64,000 nucleotides of DNA. Origin: Octopus sinensis. Its lineage: Eukaryota. Where the stretch lies: NCBI RefSeq assembly GCF_006345805.1, contig NC_042997.1, forward strand, positions 184,946,001-185,010,000, written 5' to 3'. The position numbers were made by a program, and so were the translations under genes. The notes beneath the pieces are model-generated. The model was not told where the DNA came from, ran no database searches, and saw only the letters and a list, made by a program, of their open reading frames with translations. Of the stretch, positions 26,147 through 39,033 are shown one piece after another. Every line of letters starts with the position of its first letter. The first letter of the stretch is position 1.

Positions 26147-26555
26147 TGTTTCTTTACTACCCATAAGGGGGCTAAACACAGAGAGGACAAACAAGGACAG
26201 ACAAACGATTATATCGACCCCAGTGCGTAACTGGTACTTATATATCGACCCCGAAAGGATGAAAAGCAAAGTCGACCTCGGCGGAATTTGAACTCAGAAC
26301 GTAGCGGCAGACGAAATACCTATTTCTTTACTACCCACAAGGGGCTAAACACAGAGAGGACAAACAAGGACAGACAAACGGATTAAGTCGATTATATCGA
26401 CCCCAGTACGTAACTAGTACTTAATTTATAGACCCCGAAAGGATGAAAGGCAAAGTCGACCTCGGCAGAATTTGAACTCGGAACGTAACGATAGACGAAA
26501 TACAGCTACGCATTTCGCCCGACGTGCTAACGTTTCTGCCAGCTCGCCGCCTTGG
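26147..26555 (-). mobile_element. SINE family A dimer
   Basis: 20-bp TSD agatccata(t/a)gtaaagtacc at 26127-26146 and 26556-26575 encloses both units. Confidence 0.92.
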
Positions 26556-27022
26556 AGATCCATAAGTAAAGTACCACTCAAGTCCTGGAGTCGATCTATA
26601 GAAACACTCAGTCTCCGTGAGTGAGCTTCAAGACATGCGCATATGTTAAGAAACAAACAAATAAAACTGTTAAAATATCAGAAACCTTACAGCGTTGCAG
26701 AAAATGATTTACTGTAAATCAATTATGACTCTTTACGTTCTAATCCCACCAAAAACAATTTAACCTTTCATTGTCGATTCAATAAAGTACTAGTCAAAAT
26801 ACGATACTAGAATAGCAATCTCATGCCGTAAATTGTTGGTCTCGTGACTACTTTAGAAACAATTATGATGAAAAACTGAACCAATAGTAGTGTGCATAAA
26901 AAGAATTGCACTGTTCAACTACGTGCCTTTAATATTCAAGTTTTTATCACATTGGGGTCAACTTGGCGTTTAATATCTCTAGGTTGGTGAACAACTTACA
27001 TTATTTACATTTTTATGCCCAC

Positions 27023-27288
27023 GGGCATGTGGCGTAGTGGCTAAGAGCGCAGGCGACTAACCCCAAGATTCCGATTTCAGTTCCAAGCAGTGACCTGAAC
27101 AACAACAACAACAATAATAATAATAATAACATTAAAAAATACCTTAGGAATGAGAACGCAGGTTCGAAATTTCCCCAAGACACCTGAAGAAGGCTGGAGG
27201 ATATATCAGCCGAAACGTGTTAACAACAAACAAGATGAGGACAAATATCCGTCGAATGTAAATAATTCCTCATCTCTTAAATATAGAA
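27023..27288 (+). mobile_element. tRNA-headed SINE-like element carrying an HHR motif (H6)
   Basis: A-box tggcgtagtgg at 27030-27040, decayed B box, (AAC)n(AAT)n linker, HHR motif at 27179-27221. Confidence 0.7.
27179..27221 (+). ncRNA. Hammerhead motif, probably defective copy (H6)
   Basis: GACAC-CTGAAGA-A-GGCTG gaggatatat CAGCC-GAA-AC-GTGTT; about 3 nt are missing between stem III and stem I. Confidence 0.6.
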
Positions 27289-27404
27289 CGGTGAATAACT
27301 TGTCTGTCAAGTAATTGTGATTAATGTAATCTATTATACACATCTCTCAAATCTTAGGCTTTTAATTTATGTTAGAAATCAACATTATTATCGCTTTTTG
27401 TTCG

Positions 27405-27990
27405 CACGCTGGACAAAAAGCTAAGCGGTATTTCGTCCCTGTTTACGTTTTGGGTTCAAATTCCGCCAATGTCAACTGTGCTTTCCATCCTTTCGGGGTT
27501 GATAAAATAAGTACCACTCAATTGCTAGTGCCCATGTAATCTATTTACCCTCTCTTCTGTAATTGCTAGCGTTGTGCCAAAATTTCAAACCATGTAGGTA
27601 AGCTGGCAGAATCGTTAACACGCCGGACATAGTGCTTGGCGGCATTTCGTCCATCTTTACGTTCTGAGTTCAAATTCCGCCAGGGACCACTTTGCCTTTC
27701 AACCTTTCGAGTTGGATAAAATATGTACCGGTGGAGCACTGGGGTCAATGTAATCGACAAGCCTCTTCCCCTGAAATTCCAGGCCTTGTATCTCGAGTAA
27801 AAAGGATTATCATTATTATGAAGTAAAGCAGCATGCTGAAAGTTGTTTGTACGTCGGACGAAAAGCTTAGCGGAATTCTTTCATCTTTACCTTCTGTGTT
27901 CAAATTCCGCCGAGGTTGACTTTACTTTAAACCCTTACAGGATCGGTAAAATAAGTGCCCGATTGAATTGATGTGATCGACTAGTCCTTC
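27405..27990 (+). mobile_element. Cluster of three decayed SINE A-like copies
   Basis: Repeated gttcaaattccgcc....gactt motif with divergent central domains. Confidence 0.7.
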
Positions 27991-28037
27991 TCCCAAAATT
28001 TTAGGCCTATATTCCTACAGGAAATAGGATTATTATT

Positions 28038-28454
28038 TTTCTTTATTGCCCACAGGGGGCTAAACATAGAGGGGACAAACAAGGACAGACAAACGGATTA
28101 AGCCGATTATATCGACCCCAGTGCGTAACTGGTACTTATTTAATCGACCTCGAAAACGATGAAAGGCAAAGTCGACCTCGGCGGAATTTGAACTCAGAAC
28201 GTAGCGCTAGACGAAATACCTATTTCTTTACTACCCTCAAGGGGCTAAGCACAGAGAGGACAAACAAGGACAAACAAACGGATTAAGTCGATTACATCGA
28301 TCCCAGTGCGTAACTGCTACTTATTTAATCGACCCCGAAAGGATGAAAGGCAAAGTCGACCTCGGCGGAATTTGAACTCAGAACGTAGCGCTAGACGAAA
28401 TACAGCTAGGCATTTTGCCTGGCGGGCTAATGATTCTGCCAGCTCGCCGCCTTA
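28038..28454 (-). mobile_element. SINE family A dimer
   Basis: TSD ataggattattatt at 28024-28037 and 28456-28469. Confidence 0.9.
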
Positions 28455-29203
28455 GATAGGATTATTATTATTACTTCGGTATTTCAGTGTCATTTTCATG
28501 TTATGGAGTGAACCCACGCTCGTGACTGTCAGTGGACTGGACGAGTCTCATAAACAGATGAGTCAGTAGACAGCTGAGGTCTAACTGTGAGAGCGTTAGT
28601 CTCGTTATTGATTCTGCGTTTGGAGTATTGGATTGTGATTGTGCGAACAGTTATAGTAAGATAACAAACTCGTTACATTGCTTATTATTATACGGTTATA
28701 TATTTGGCACTATGATATATTGTTACACATATACATCATGAATCAACATAGAGAGGATGTATAATTCTATTACGTGTTTGTACTGCTTCACGAAGAGCAA
28801 ATCTCTTTGCCTTGGATATTCATTTTGATTTTTTGTGTTTTACTTTGGTTTTGTAGTTTACATTATAGGGAAAATACTCTACATAATGTAATTGTGGTTT
28901 ATTGTGTTTTTTGCTCTATGGTGTGTGTAGATAAGTAAGGATTGGGTTTGGGTTATGAATCTGTCTACACGCTTTTTAAACATTTCCCAAGGCAACTATT
29001 ATTATAGAGATTGTTTCCGTTATGAAGCCTTCTATTCTTGTTATCTCTGTTTCCTGATTAATACAGTTAGATAAGTTCTTCATTTCCTTAAGAGTAACCT
29101 TATTGTCTGTTGGGACTGATAACTCGATTAGTAACTACGTCCTTCCCAGGGGGAACCTTGTCGACAATACCCGGTCGACCCGTCATTTATTGATTGTAAT
29201 ATT

Positions 29204-29595
29204 GGAGTGGCTATGTGGTAAGGAGCTTGCTTCCCAGCCACGTAGTTTCGGGTTCAGTTCCACTGCGTGGAATCTTTGGCATGTGTCTTCTACTATGGCC
29301 TCGAGTCACCTAGGCCATGTGAATGGATTTGGTAGACGGAAACTGGAAGAAGCCCGTCGTATATATGTATATATGTGTCTGTGTTTGTGTGTCTGTGTTT
29401 GCCCCGCACCACCGCCAACATCGCTTGACAACCGATGCTGGTGTGTTTACGTCCCCGTAACTTAGCAGTTCGGCAAAAGAGGCCGATAGAATAAGTACTA
29501 GGCTTACAAAGAATAAGTCCTGGGGTCGATTTCCTCGACTAAAGGGGGTGCTCCAGCATGGCCGTAGTCAAATGACTGAAACATGTAAAAGAGTA
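29204..29595 (+). mobile_element. SINE family B
   Basis: Full head to tail. Confidence 0.88.
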
Positions 29596-29596
29596 A

Positions 29597-29742
<146 letters not shown>

Positions 29743-29791
29743 AAATAAGATAACACGGCCTAAGAATTTAGGACATTTATAAATAGAAAGG

Positions 29792-29842
29792 TCGTCTTGG
29801 AGCCGTTTCCTGAAATAAATGATATCCCATCATCAGAGACGA
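29792..29842 (-). ncRNA. Degenerate hammerhead motif (H7) in a (TA)n-flanked element (about 29743-30598)
   Basis: TCGTCT-CTGATGA-TGGGATA tcatt TATTTCA G-GAA-ACGGCTCC-A-AGACGA: perfect 6-bp stem I and 5' core, decayed stem III. Confidence 0.5.
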
Positions 29843-30670
29843 GTTAAAAAACTTCAATAGAAGGAATTAGTAGGATTCATTTTTTTTAAAGTTATTCTGG
29901 AGAGAGATATATATACAAGAAATTAAATACAATGTAGAAAGTCTAAAAGAAAATATGAAAATAAAAATGCATGTTGGATGATAAAGTTGCAGTTGCGTTA
30001 TCCAAGCAATGTGTTGCGCAGAATGCGTAAAGAGGCTTCCTTTTTGATGATGTGTAAAGTCCGATAAGAATTCATATGTTATTTCAATGGATAGTGTGTA
30101 AATATTAATTCCATGTGTTCTTCATTCAAAAAAGATCTTGTAGTATAACATGAATTTTGAGAATTATGGTGGTAAGAGGAAGTAGATAAAGGCAGAAATG
30201 AATAGAGAAAGAATAAGGAAAGAGAAAAAGAAAAAAAGGAGAGCTAGATGCTGGTCGAGATATTATAAGGGGATTGGGAGTGGAGAGCTATGAATAGATA
30301 AGAGGAATAGGGGGAGGGATAGAATGAAGAGATAAGAAGGTAAGAAAGGAGGATGTGTGAGAAGTTGGAGGTGGGGGATAGGTTTGAAAAGGCACTAAGC
30401 GGGAGAGATAGATAAAGAATGTGGTACAGGGGGGAGGGGAGTATTAAGTGTGAATAGTAAACCTCGAGAAAGAAGGGAAGGGGTGAAATAATAAGGAAGA
30501 GGGCTAGGAATTATTGGATGAATGTTGAGATATAATGGTCAAGTTTCTAAAAATAGACGTAGGTGTTTATAAAATGCCATAGAGTGTACTAGCTAGATTA
30601 TATATATATATATAATATATATATATATATGTATGTATGTATATATCGGATAATAGATTGTATATATATA

Positions 30671-31065
30671 TCTTTATATATAAAAGTGAGGTTGTGTGCT
30701 GTCTGTCTCCTACGATTTAGATTCCTAACTACTCCCACATTTTGCGGTGCAGTTTAACCAATACCGGGTATTTTATAGTCGTGATTCATATCGAGCCCTT
30801 CTGGGTATTAGCACGCGTCTACGATGAGTCTACGATTTAAAAAAAAATTACCATCAATTTTTCCCATTTTTAATGCATTTTTGGCATATATAAGGGAAGT
30901 AACTGTCTAAAAATTTATTATTAAATCTCAGAACGTAAAAAGCTACAGTAACACCCCCCCTTAGTGGTTAGCCATATTGAGATGGCTATTATACTTTACA
31001 TCTCTAAAAATGTTTATATAGTTATTTCCCTTACAAACCCGAGCAACGCCGGGCGATACTGCTAG
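30671..31065 (+). mobile_element. Non-autonomous Helitron
   Basis: A|TC...acccgagcaacgccgggcgatactgCTAG|T. Confidence 0.85.
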
Positions 31066-31207
31066 TATATATATGTTTTTATGTTTTCGTTTCTCATTGT
31101 GTCCTACGTTTTTTTTCTTGGTGCCCTGTAGCCATATATGCATGTATATACACATATAGATGTAACATATATGTATGTATATATGCATATGTTTTATTTA
31201 TCATTTT

Positions 31208-31254
<47 letters not shown>

Positions 31255-31344
31255 CATACAGATACATATTTATAAACACATACAATTATGTGTGTGTGTA
31301 TGTGTGTATGAATATGTATCTGTGTAATTATGAATGCATATTTT

Positions 31345-31606
31345 CTTTTTACATTTTTTATTCGTTTCAGGCATTTGACTGCGGTCATGTTGGAGCACCG
31401 CCTTAAGTCGAACAAATCGACACAAACTTATACATATATACACGATGGGCTTCTTTCAGTTTCCTTTTACCAAATCCACTCACAAGACTTTGGTCGGCCC
31501 GAGGCTATAGTAGAAGACACTTGCCCAAGGTCCCACGCAGTGGGATTGAATCCGGGACCATTTGGTTGGTAAGCAAGCTACTTACCACACAGCCACGCCT
31601 GCGCCT
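31345..31606 (-). mobile_element. SINE family B with internal deletion
   Basis: Shares private variants with 32156-32408. Confidence 0.88.
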
Positions 31607-31609
31607 ATA

Positions 31610-31666
<57 letters not shown>

Positions 31667-32123
31667 TTATGAATGCATATATACAAATACATATATACAT
31701 ATGTATTTCTACACATTTAACTTCTTGGGCAATACCCCAGCATGGCCACTCAGCTGTGGCCATGCTGGGGTATTGCCTTAAGGAGTTTAGTAGAATAAAT
31801 CGACCTGAGCATTCCCTTTTTTTTTTTTTTTGTAAAGCCTTGTACTTTTCCTATCGATTATTTTTGCCGAACCGCTATTTTATGAGACGTAAAGAAAACC
31901 ATATATTTTCCTTCTCGGCTTGAGTCCTCCAGAATATTTTCAAGCTCCAATCGGAAATGGAGGATGTACCCCGCAGTAAACATGCTTATAGTGAGTGGGT
32001 GAGTATTGTATGACTCGTGCAAATATTTCCAGTATTTGGAAGAAGATATATTGTTTATTAGAATTGACATCAGGCTAAACAAAATAATATAGTGAATTTT
32101 GTTCTGATACATACATACATACA

Positions 32124-32155
<32 letters not shown>

Positions 32156-32157
<2 letters not shown>

Positions 32158-32408
32158 GGCGCAGGTGTGGCTGTGTGGTAAGTATCTTGCTTACCAACCA
32201 AATGGTCCCGGATTCAATCCCACTGCGTGGCACCTTGGGCAAGTGTCTTCTACTATAGTCTCGGGCCGACCAAAGTCTTGTGAGTGGATTTGGTAAAGGG
32301 AAACTGAAAGAAGCCCATCGTGTATATATGTAGAAGTTTGTGTCGATTTGTTCGACTTAAGGCGGTGCTCCAACATGACCGCAGTCAAATGCCTGAAACG
32401 AATAAAAA
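32156..32408 (+). mobile_element. SINE family B with the same internal deletion (inverted local copy)
   Basis: Flanked by ~74-bp direct repeats at 32035-32108 and 32409-32481. Confidence 0.88.
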
Positions 32409-33049
32409 TTTGGAAGAAGATATATTGTCTTTAGAATTGACATCAGGCTAAACAAAATAATACAGTGAATTTTGTTCTGATTTTGAAAGTGACAGCGTGT
32501 AGTATAAGGAGTGATAAGCGTAGCACAAGTGACGGAGACTATTGCATGCCGTTATGTATTAGTGACGAAGAAATATTTGCACACTGAAAGCATTAGACAT
32601 CGTAAAATTCAACTGGGACTATAGCAGTTTCATATTATAAGGGAATGGTAAGTTAAACAATAATAATATAAACAATAGCAACAACAACAACGGATTAATT
32701 GGGGAAGGTATGTAATAAAACTGTTATAGTTCTACCTGTGTTATATATGTCTGATTGACTGGTACTTGGATTACGCGTCCAAGCGGGTAATCTTTCGGTG
32801 AATGTCTCGTAGGTGTCAAATTTGATCAGTTGATCGGCAATTTCCGCAAATTTTTTTTTTTTATCTATTTACTTTAGTTTTCATGTTCTGTTGAAGCCGA
32901 CATTTGCTTTGAAGTCGGCGAGAAACACGCATGCCTTCCCACATACTTTCATGTCCATGAGTTGAATAGTGAAACACACACTCGCTCACACATTCGCTCA
33001 CACACGCACACACATACAACCATTATCTTATATACACCAACTTGTATAT

Positions 33050-33266
33050 AAGGCGGCGAGCTGGCAAAAGCGTTAGCACGCCGAGCAAAATGCGTAGCCG
33101 TATTTCGTCTGCCGTTACGTTCTGAGTTCAAATTCCGCCGAGGTCGACTTTGCCTTTCATCCTTTCGGAGTCGATAAATTAAGTACCAGTTACGCACTGG
33201 GGTCGATGTAATCGACTTAATCCATTTGTCTGTCCTTGTTTAACCCCTTGTGGGTAGTAAAGAAAT
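33050..33266 (+). mobile_element. SINE family A monomer
   Basis: Consensus match. Confidence 0.88.
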
Positions 33267-35144
33267 ATATATACAATCTACATGTATAAATTTATATACG
33301 TACATCTTTTGTGTTTGTTTGTTTGTGTGCATGTGTGTGTGTGTGTGTGTGTGAATACAAACACATAAATCTGAACACGCTACAAATTATGGAATACATT
33401 GGGAAATGAGTCTTATTTTTACCTGTACAGCAGCAACCTAGGACTGATTTTGGTCTGATTGTCATGAGTGGAACATATTGTAACTGTTATTGCTAGACAT
33501 TACTATGACTGCAGTAGGTTTTCATTAATGAACAATAATGAGTGTAATAATTAACAGAAAGATTAATGAAGGGAGAAATTAATCGGCGGCATTTGCAGCA
33601 TGAAATCTTAATAATTCTGTTTACTGTGGGCAAAAGGGTTGAAATTTTATGAGTAGAGGGCAAATAGGTTACATCGACCCCAGTACATCATTAGTACTTA
33701 TTTAATCGACCCTGAAAAGATGAAAGACAAAGTCGACCTCGGTGGCATTTGAACTCAGAAACGGACGAAATTCGGCTACACATTTTGTCCGGCGTGCTAA
33801 CGATTCTGCCATCTCACTGCCTCATAACAGAACAAAAAAAAAAAAAAAAAAAAAAAAGAAAAGAAGAATTCAATAATAAAGTGGATTACTGCATGCTTGA
33901 TTTAAAATAATGAAATGTTAAATAACTTCAGTACGCACTTAGCCATAACCAAACTAGAGGGTTTTCATGATTTTGGTCAAGGAGGCAGCGCGAGTTGGAA
34001 GTCCAGAATGAAAGTTGTATGTGAATGACAGCTAGATGCGAATATTGAGTTAAGAATAATAAGCAATATAATTTGCTGAGCAGCTTGTCCTTATATGGGA
34101 CACCGAACAGGTTGTTAATATGAAAGAGAAGAATTCAAAGGCATAGAATAACCTTGCAGAGCACTTGTTTAGAAAGAGTACGGATTAGCGAGTCAGGGAT
34201 GGTATTGTATTAAAGTATCCAAATCCGAGAAATAAACGACAGATGAAATTACAGGCACTTTGCTTAGGTAAGATATTCTCACATTCGATAAGCTCAGATT
34301 TTCGTGAAATATTATTTGCACGTAAAGATATAAGACCCCTAAAGAGAGATATTGGCGAGCAGATAGTTGGTAGATTTGGCTTCATAAAACCCATAGTAGT
34401 TAGTAAGGAGAGAGAGGGAGAGAGAGAGAGAGAGAGGGGGGACTCTAAGATGTTGGAGAAATTCATTGCCAGGGATTTTTAAGGATTGCTAGCAATCTTT
34501 AAACCCTGTTATGTAAGAAGTAACTGTTGGGTTGTTAGCTGTGGTCAGAGCTGTGGTCTGTTAGCTGTGGTCTGTGTGGGGTGGGACGACACACTATAGT
34601 ATAATTTTTAAAGATTAAAGATTGATCTTTAAGATATTAAAACACTCGGTCCTTTCAGGAAATCTGTATGAAAAATGAGCACTTAGAAATCTAGGTTGTA
34701 TTAAATGAATATATAGATATACGTAAACTCGCTAATACATAGAACTTCACTGGTTAAATTTCTGCGATGCTGTTTAGACATTTAACGAAGCTCTTATATT
34801 GTTGCATAATACTATTTGTACACGTCCATTGCTACATAAGCAAAATAATAATGAAACAATAGAAGTTTCTGTATGTTAATGTGCTATATCACAAAAACAA
34901 ACACATAGCTGACATTTACGTATATTTAAAACAAAATATTATATACAAAATATCTTGTTCAATCAAAGTAGTTTAAATATGAGAAATATAATTCTCTCCT
35001 TGCATTCTCTTCTTGCTTGTATCTTCTTAACTTGTATAGTATTTACATATTTAAGATCGTGTTAACATATTTGAAATAGTGGACACCAAAAATCTGATTA
35101 CACATCATTACAAAATGAAGTACAGACAATATTATTTAATTCTT

Positions 35145-35840
35145 TTATTATTTTACTTGTTTTAGTCATTTGATTGCGGCCATGCTGGAGCACCAGCTGG
35201 ACGGATTTTACTCGAACAGATGAGCCCATAACTTATTTTTTAAAGCTTAGTACATATTTCATCGGTCTCTTTTGCCGAACCGCTAAGATACGGGGACGTA
35301 AATACACCAAAAGCGGTTCTCAAACGGTGATGGGAGGACAAACAGACACAAAAACACACATACATAAACACACACACGTATGCATATAGGGGGCGGCTTC
35401 TTTCAGTTACCGTCTACCAAATTCACTCACAAGACTTTCGTCGGCCCTAGATTATAGCAGAAGTCACTTTCCCAAGGTGCCACGCAGTGGGACTGAACCC
35501 GAAACCATGTGGTTGGGAAGCAAGCTACTTACCATACAGCCACGCCTATTCTGGTATATATGAAAGGCATTTCTCAGCCCTATCAGATGTTATCACCAAA
35601 ACAGAAGTTATCATACGATCCGAAATAATGATACCACTTAGTTGTGTGTTTTTTTTTTAAGCATTGAGAAATTACATAGGAGTAGGCGTCACTGTGTAAT
35701 ATGACGCTTGCTTCCCAACCACAAGGCTTTGGTCGGTCCGAGGCCATAGTAGAAGACACTTGCCCAAAGTGCCACGCAGTGGGACTGAACCCAGAACCAT
35801 GTGGTTGGTAAGCAAGCTACTTACTATACAGCCACTCCTA
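35145..35840 (-). mobile_element. SINE family B copy (35145-35548) plus partial copy (35675-35840)
   Basis: Consensus match. Confidence 0.82.
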
Positions 35841-36132
35841 CGTTCAGATTTTATTTTTTGCTTCTTCTGCAGCAACTAAAATTGCCCCCATTTCTCTTAC
35901 CGTAAACATCTACATAAGAACCGCACGATTACTCACCCCTCACACTAATCTCGCTTTTATCATACGCACTCGCTCTCTCGCATCCCAGACCCGCACTAAA
36001 AACCTCATCCCATCCTTGAAATTCTTCCTCCGCCCACATTTGTCCCGCTGTCATCGACCTACACGTACGTTCATATTGGAGATCAATCGAATCGATCATA
36101 CTAGTCTGGGAAGTCCTGAGAAGGTCATGAGT

Positions 36133-36982
36133 ACTACTCTCTTTTTACTCTTTACTCTTTTACTTGTTTCAGTCATTTGACTGCAGCCATGCTGGAGCAC
36201 CGCCTTTAGTCGAGCAAATCGACCCCGGGACTTATTCTTTGTAAGCCCAGTACTTATTCTATCGGGCTCTTTTGCCGAACCGCTAAGTGACGGGGACGTA
36301 AACACACCAGCATCAGTTGTCAAGCAATGCTAGGGGGACAAACACACACACACATACACATATATACATATATATATACATATATACGACAGGCTTCTTT
36401 CAGTTTCCGTCTACCAAATCCACTCACAAGGCATTGGTCGGCCCGGGGCTATAGCAGAAGACACTTGCCCAAGATGCCACGCAGTGGGACTGAACCCGGA
36501 ACCATGTGGTTGGTTAGCAAGCTACTTACCACACAGCCACTCCTCTCTCCTCTTTTTGAATAGATAATCAGAAGTAAAAAAACAACAACAAAATGTGGTA
36601 AGTAGCTTGTTTACCAACCACATGGTTCCGGGTTCAGTCTCACTACGTGGCACCTTGGGCAAGTGTCTTCTACTATAGCCTCGGGCGGACCAAAGCCTTG
36701 TGAGTGGATTTGGTAGACGAAAACTGAAAGAAGCCCGTCGTATATATGTATATATATATGCGTGTGTGTGTTTGTGTGTCTGTGTTTGTCCCCCTAGCAT
36801 TACTTGACAACCGATGCTGGTGTGTTTATGTACCCGTAAGTTAGCGGTTCGGCAAAAGGGACCGATAGAATAAGTACTGGGCTTACAAAAGAATAAGTCC
36901 CGGGGTCGAGTTGCTCGATTAAAGGCGGTGCTTCAGCATGGCCGCAGTCAAATCACTGAAACAAGTAAAAGAGTAGAGAGTA
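36133..36982. mobile_element. Head-to-head pair of SINE B copies
   Basis: 36133-36543 (-) and 36592-36982 (+), spacer about 48 bp. Confidence 0.9.
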
Positions 36983-37735
36983 TTAAAGAAAAAAAAACGA
37001 AATCATGGAAACTTAGCGAAATGATGTTGACGGAAGGATGAAAATAAAGATGAGGATATGGAGAAAATATTAAAAAAAAAAAATAATAAAAGAGCAGAGG
37101 GAACAAACAAACAAACAAGCAAACCCGAAAAGCAGCGGTGCGAAAGGCGAACCGCGTGGCTTGAAAGCTGACTCAAGTGAAATTCGATATCGGGTGATAT
37201 GTCAGAGATATACGGAAAGGGGTGGGTAACTCTGTATCATCCGCTCCGCTCCACACCCATTGTCACATTAACACTGATCGTTAAACTTATGCTAATGAAT
37301 GTAAATATATGCATATCCCAGTCATGGCGATAGCTAGACGAGTTAAAAGTGAGTGGAAGATTTCAATATAGTTAACAGACTCGTGACAGTAATCATTTCA
37401 GAATCACCCACATGTGTACACGTGCACCAAGTCACACACATCCGTTTGGAATAATTGGAAATACACTTAGGAAAATACATACAAACACATACGTCACATG
37501 CACACACACACACATACACGCATACAGACATAAACATGCCATGACAGACGCATAATCAACAGACCTAGACGCTTACAAAAACATAACGCGAACATGTACA
37601 CACACAGCTTCTCTTCATTACCAGTTCATTTAGAATCTAGACAGGAAAATACATTTATGCATAGGGAATGATATCATAATACGTACATACACACACATAC
37701 AAACGCGCGCGCACACGCACACACATATATGTATA

Positions 37736-37813
<78 letters not shown>

Positions 37814-37874
37814 ACATTATACATATGTGTGTATTCTTATCTATCTATGTATCTATGTATATATGTGTGTATAC

Positions 37875-37921
<47 letters not shown>

Positions 37922-37929
37922 TTAGATAA

Positions 37930-37933
37930 ATGA

Positions 37934-37968
<35 letters not shown>

Positions 37969-37981
37969 AATAATAATAATG

Positions 37982-38013
<32 letters not shown>

Positions 38014-38030
38014 AGTAATGATCATAATAA

Positions 38031-38062
<32 letters not shown>

Positions 38063-38080
38063 ATAATAATCATGATAATA
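37930..38080. repeat. (AAT/GAT)n microsatellite
   Basis: Direct reading; explains the poly-I ORF. Confidence 0.95.
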
Positions 38081-38604
38081 AATTCAACACTGAATGACAG
38101 GAAATTTATGAAATAAACATCTGAGTTGTGTCTATAAATAGCTTACATTCTCAACTTGTGTGTGTGTGTGTGAATGTGCGGGTGTGTGTTTGCGTATGTG
38201 TGTGTGTGTTTGTCTGTGTGCACCCGTGTGCGTGCGTGAGTGTGTATGTGTGTTTGCTTCGATATAGTTTATTAGGTTTTTGGAAAACGCCAAAACATTT
38301 ACTTATGGTAGTTATTCTATATTTAGACGAGTAAACTTTATTGATTATATTGTTTGTTTGTTCTCTCCGCTTTTTTTTTCTTTGAAATATTTTCTTCATA
38401 TCTTCATCTCTGTTTTCATCCTTCTGTCAACATCATTTCGCTATATAACATTGGTCTGACAGGGACATCAAGTCCCGCCTTTAAAGGCTTGTGTATATGT
38501 TGTGCGTGTGTACGCCCATTTGTCTGTGTGCATGTGACCGCGTATGTATCGTTGGCGATTTTTTTCCCTCCGTCTTCTCTTCCTTGGATCTTTCCTTTTC
38601 CTAT

Positions 38605-38639
38605 GTTTCTGACGAAGAGCTCCGCTCAAAACATTAAAT
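38605..38639 (+). ncRNA. Hammerhead motif H1, decayed copy
   Basis: GTTT-CTGACGA-A-GAGC tcc GCTC-AAA-ACAT-T-AAAT; both G-to-A changes lie at CpG sites. Confidence 0.6.
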
Positions 38640-38761
38640 CCTCCTTTTTTCTTTCCTTTCCTGTGCGTCCAATAATACTATACTTGTTCCACGTCCTCGT
38701 GTTGTGTTTTTTCTTTGTTTTTTCATGTTTGGATTAACTCTATGTATATATATATATATAT

Positions 38762-38966
38762 AACGGGAAGCTTTACGAAAATAAACAAAAGACGAAGACA
38801 GGTGGAGTACAAACAAACAATTGTATTAGTATGACGCTCAGGAATAGAAATAAAACAAGTCTTTTACGTTTCGAGCCTACGCTCTTCAACAGAAAGATAC
38901 ACAGAAAAGAAACACGGAGAGAAACGAGGAAAGAAAAAAATGCGTGCAGGAGCTAACGATTCAACA

Positions 38967-38968
<2 letters not shown>
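38762..38968 (-). mobile_element. Short HHR-bearing element H2 between (TA)n tracts
   Basis: Both flanks are (TA)n; contains the motif at 38860-38897. Confidence 0.75.
38860..38897 (-). ncRNA. Minimal type-I hammerhead motif with A6U variant core (H2)
   Basis: TCTTT-CTGTTGA-A-GAGC gtag GCTC-GAA-ACGT-A-AAAGA; GUA triplet, 5-bp stem I. Confidence 0.7.

Positions 38969-39033
<65 letters not shown>

Noticed and set aside
34000-34480. Possible retroelement coding remnant
   Set aside because: Translations gave no motif I can support.
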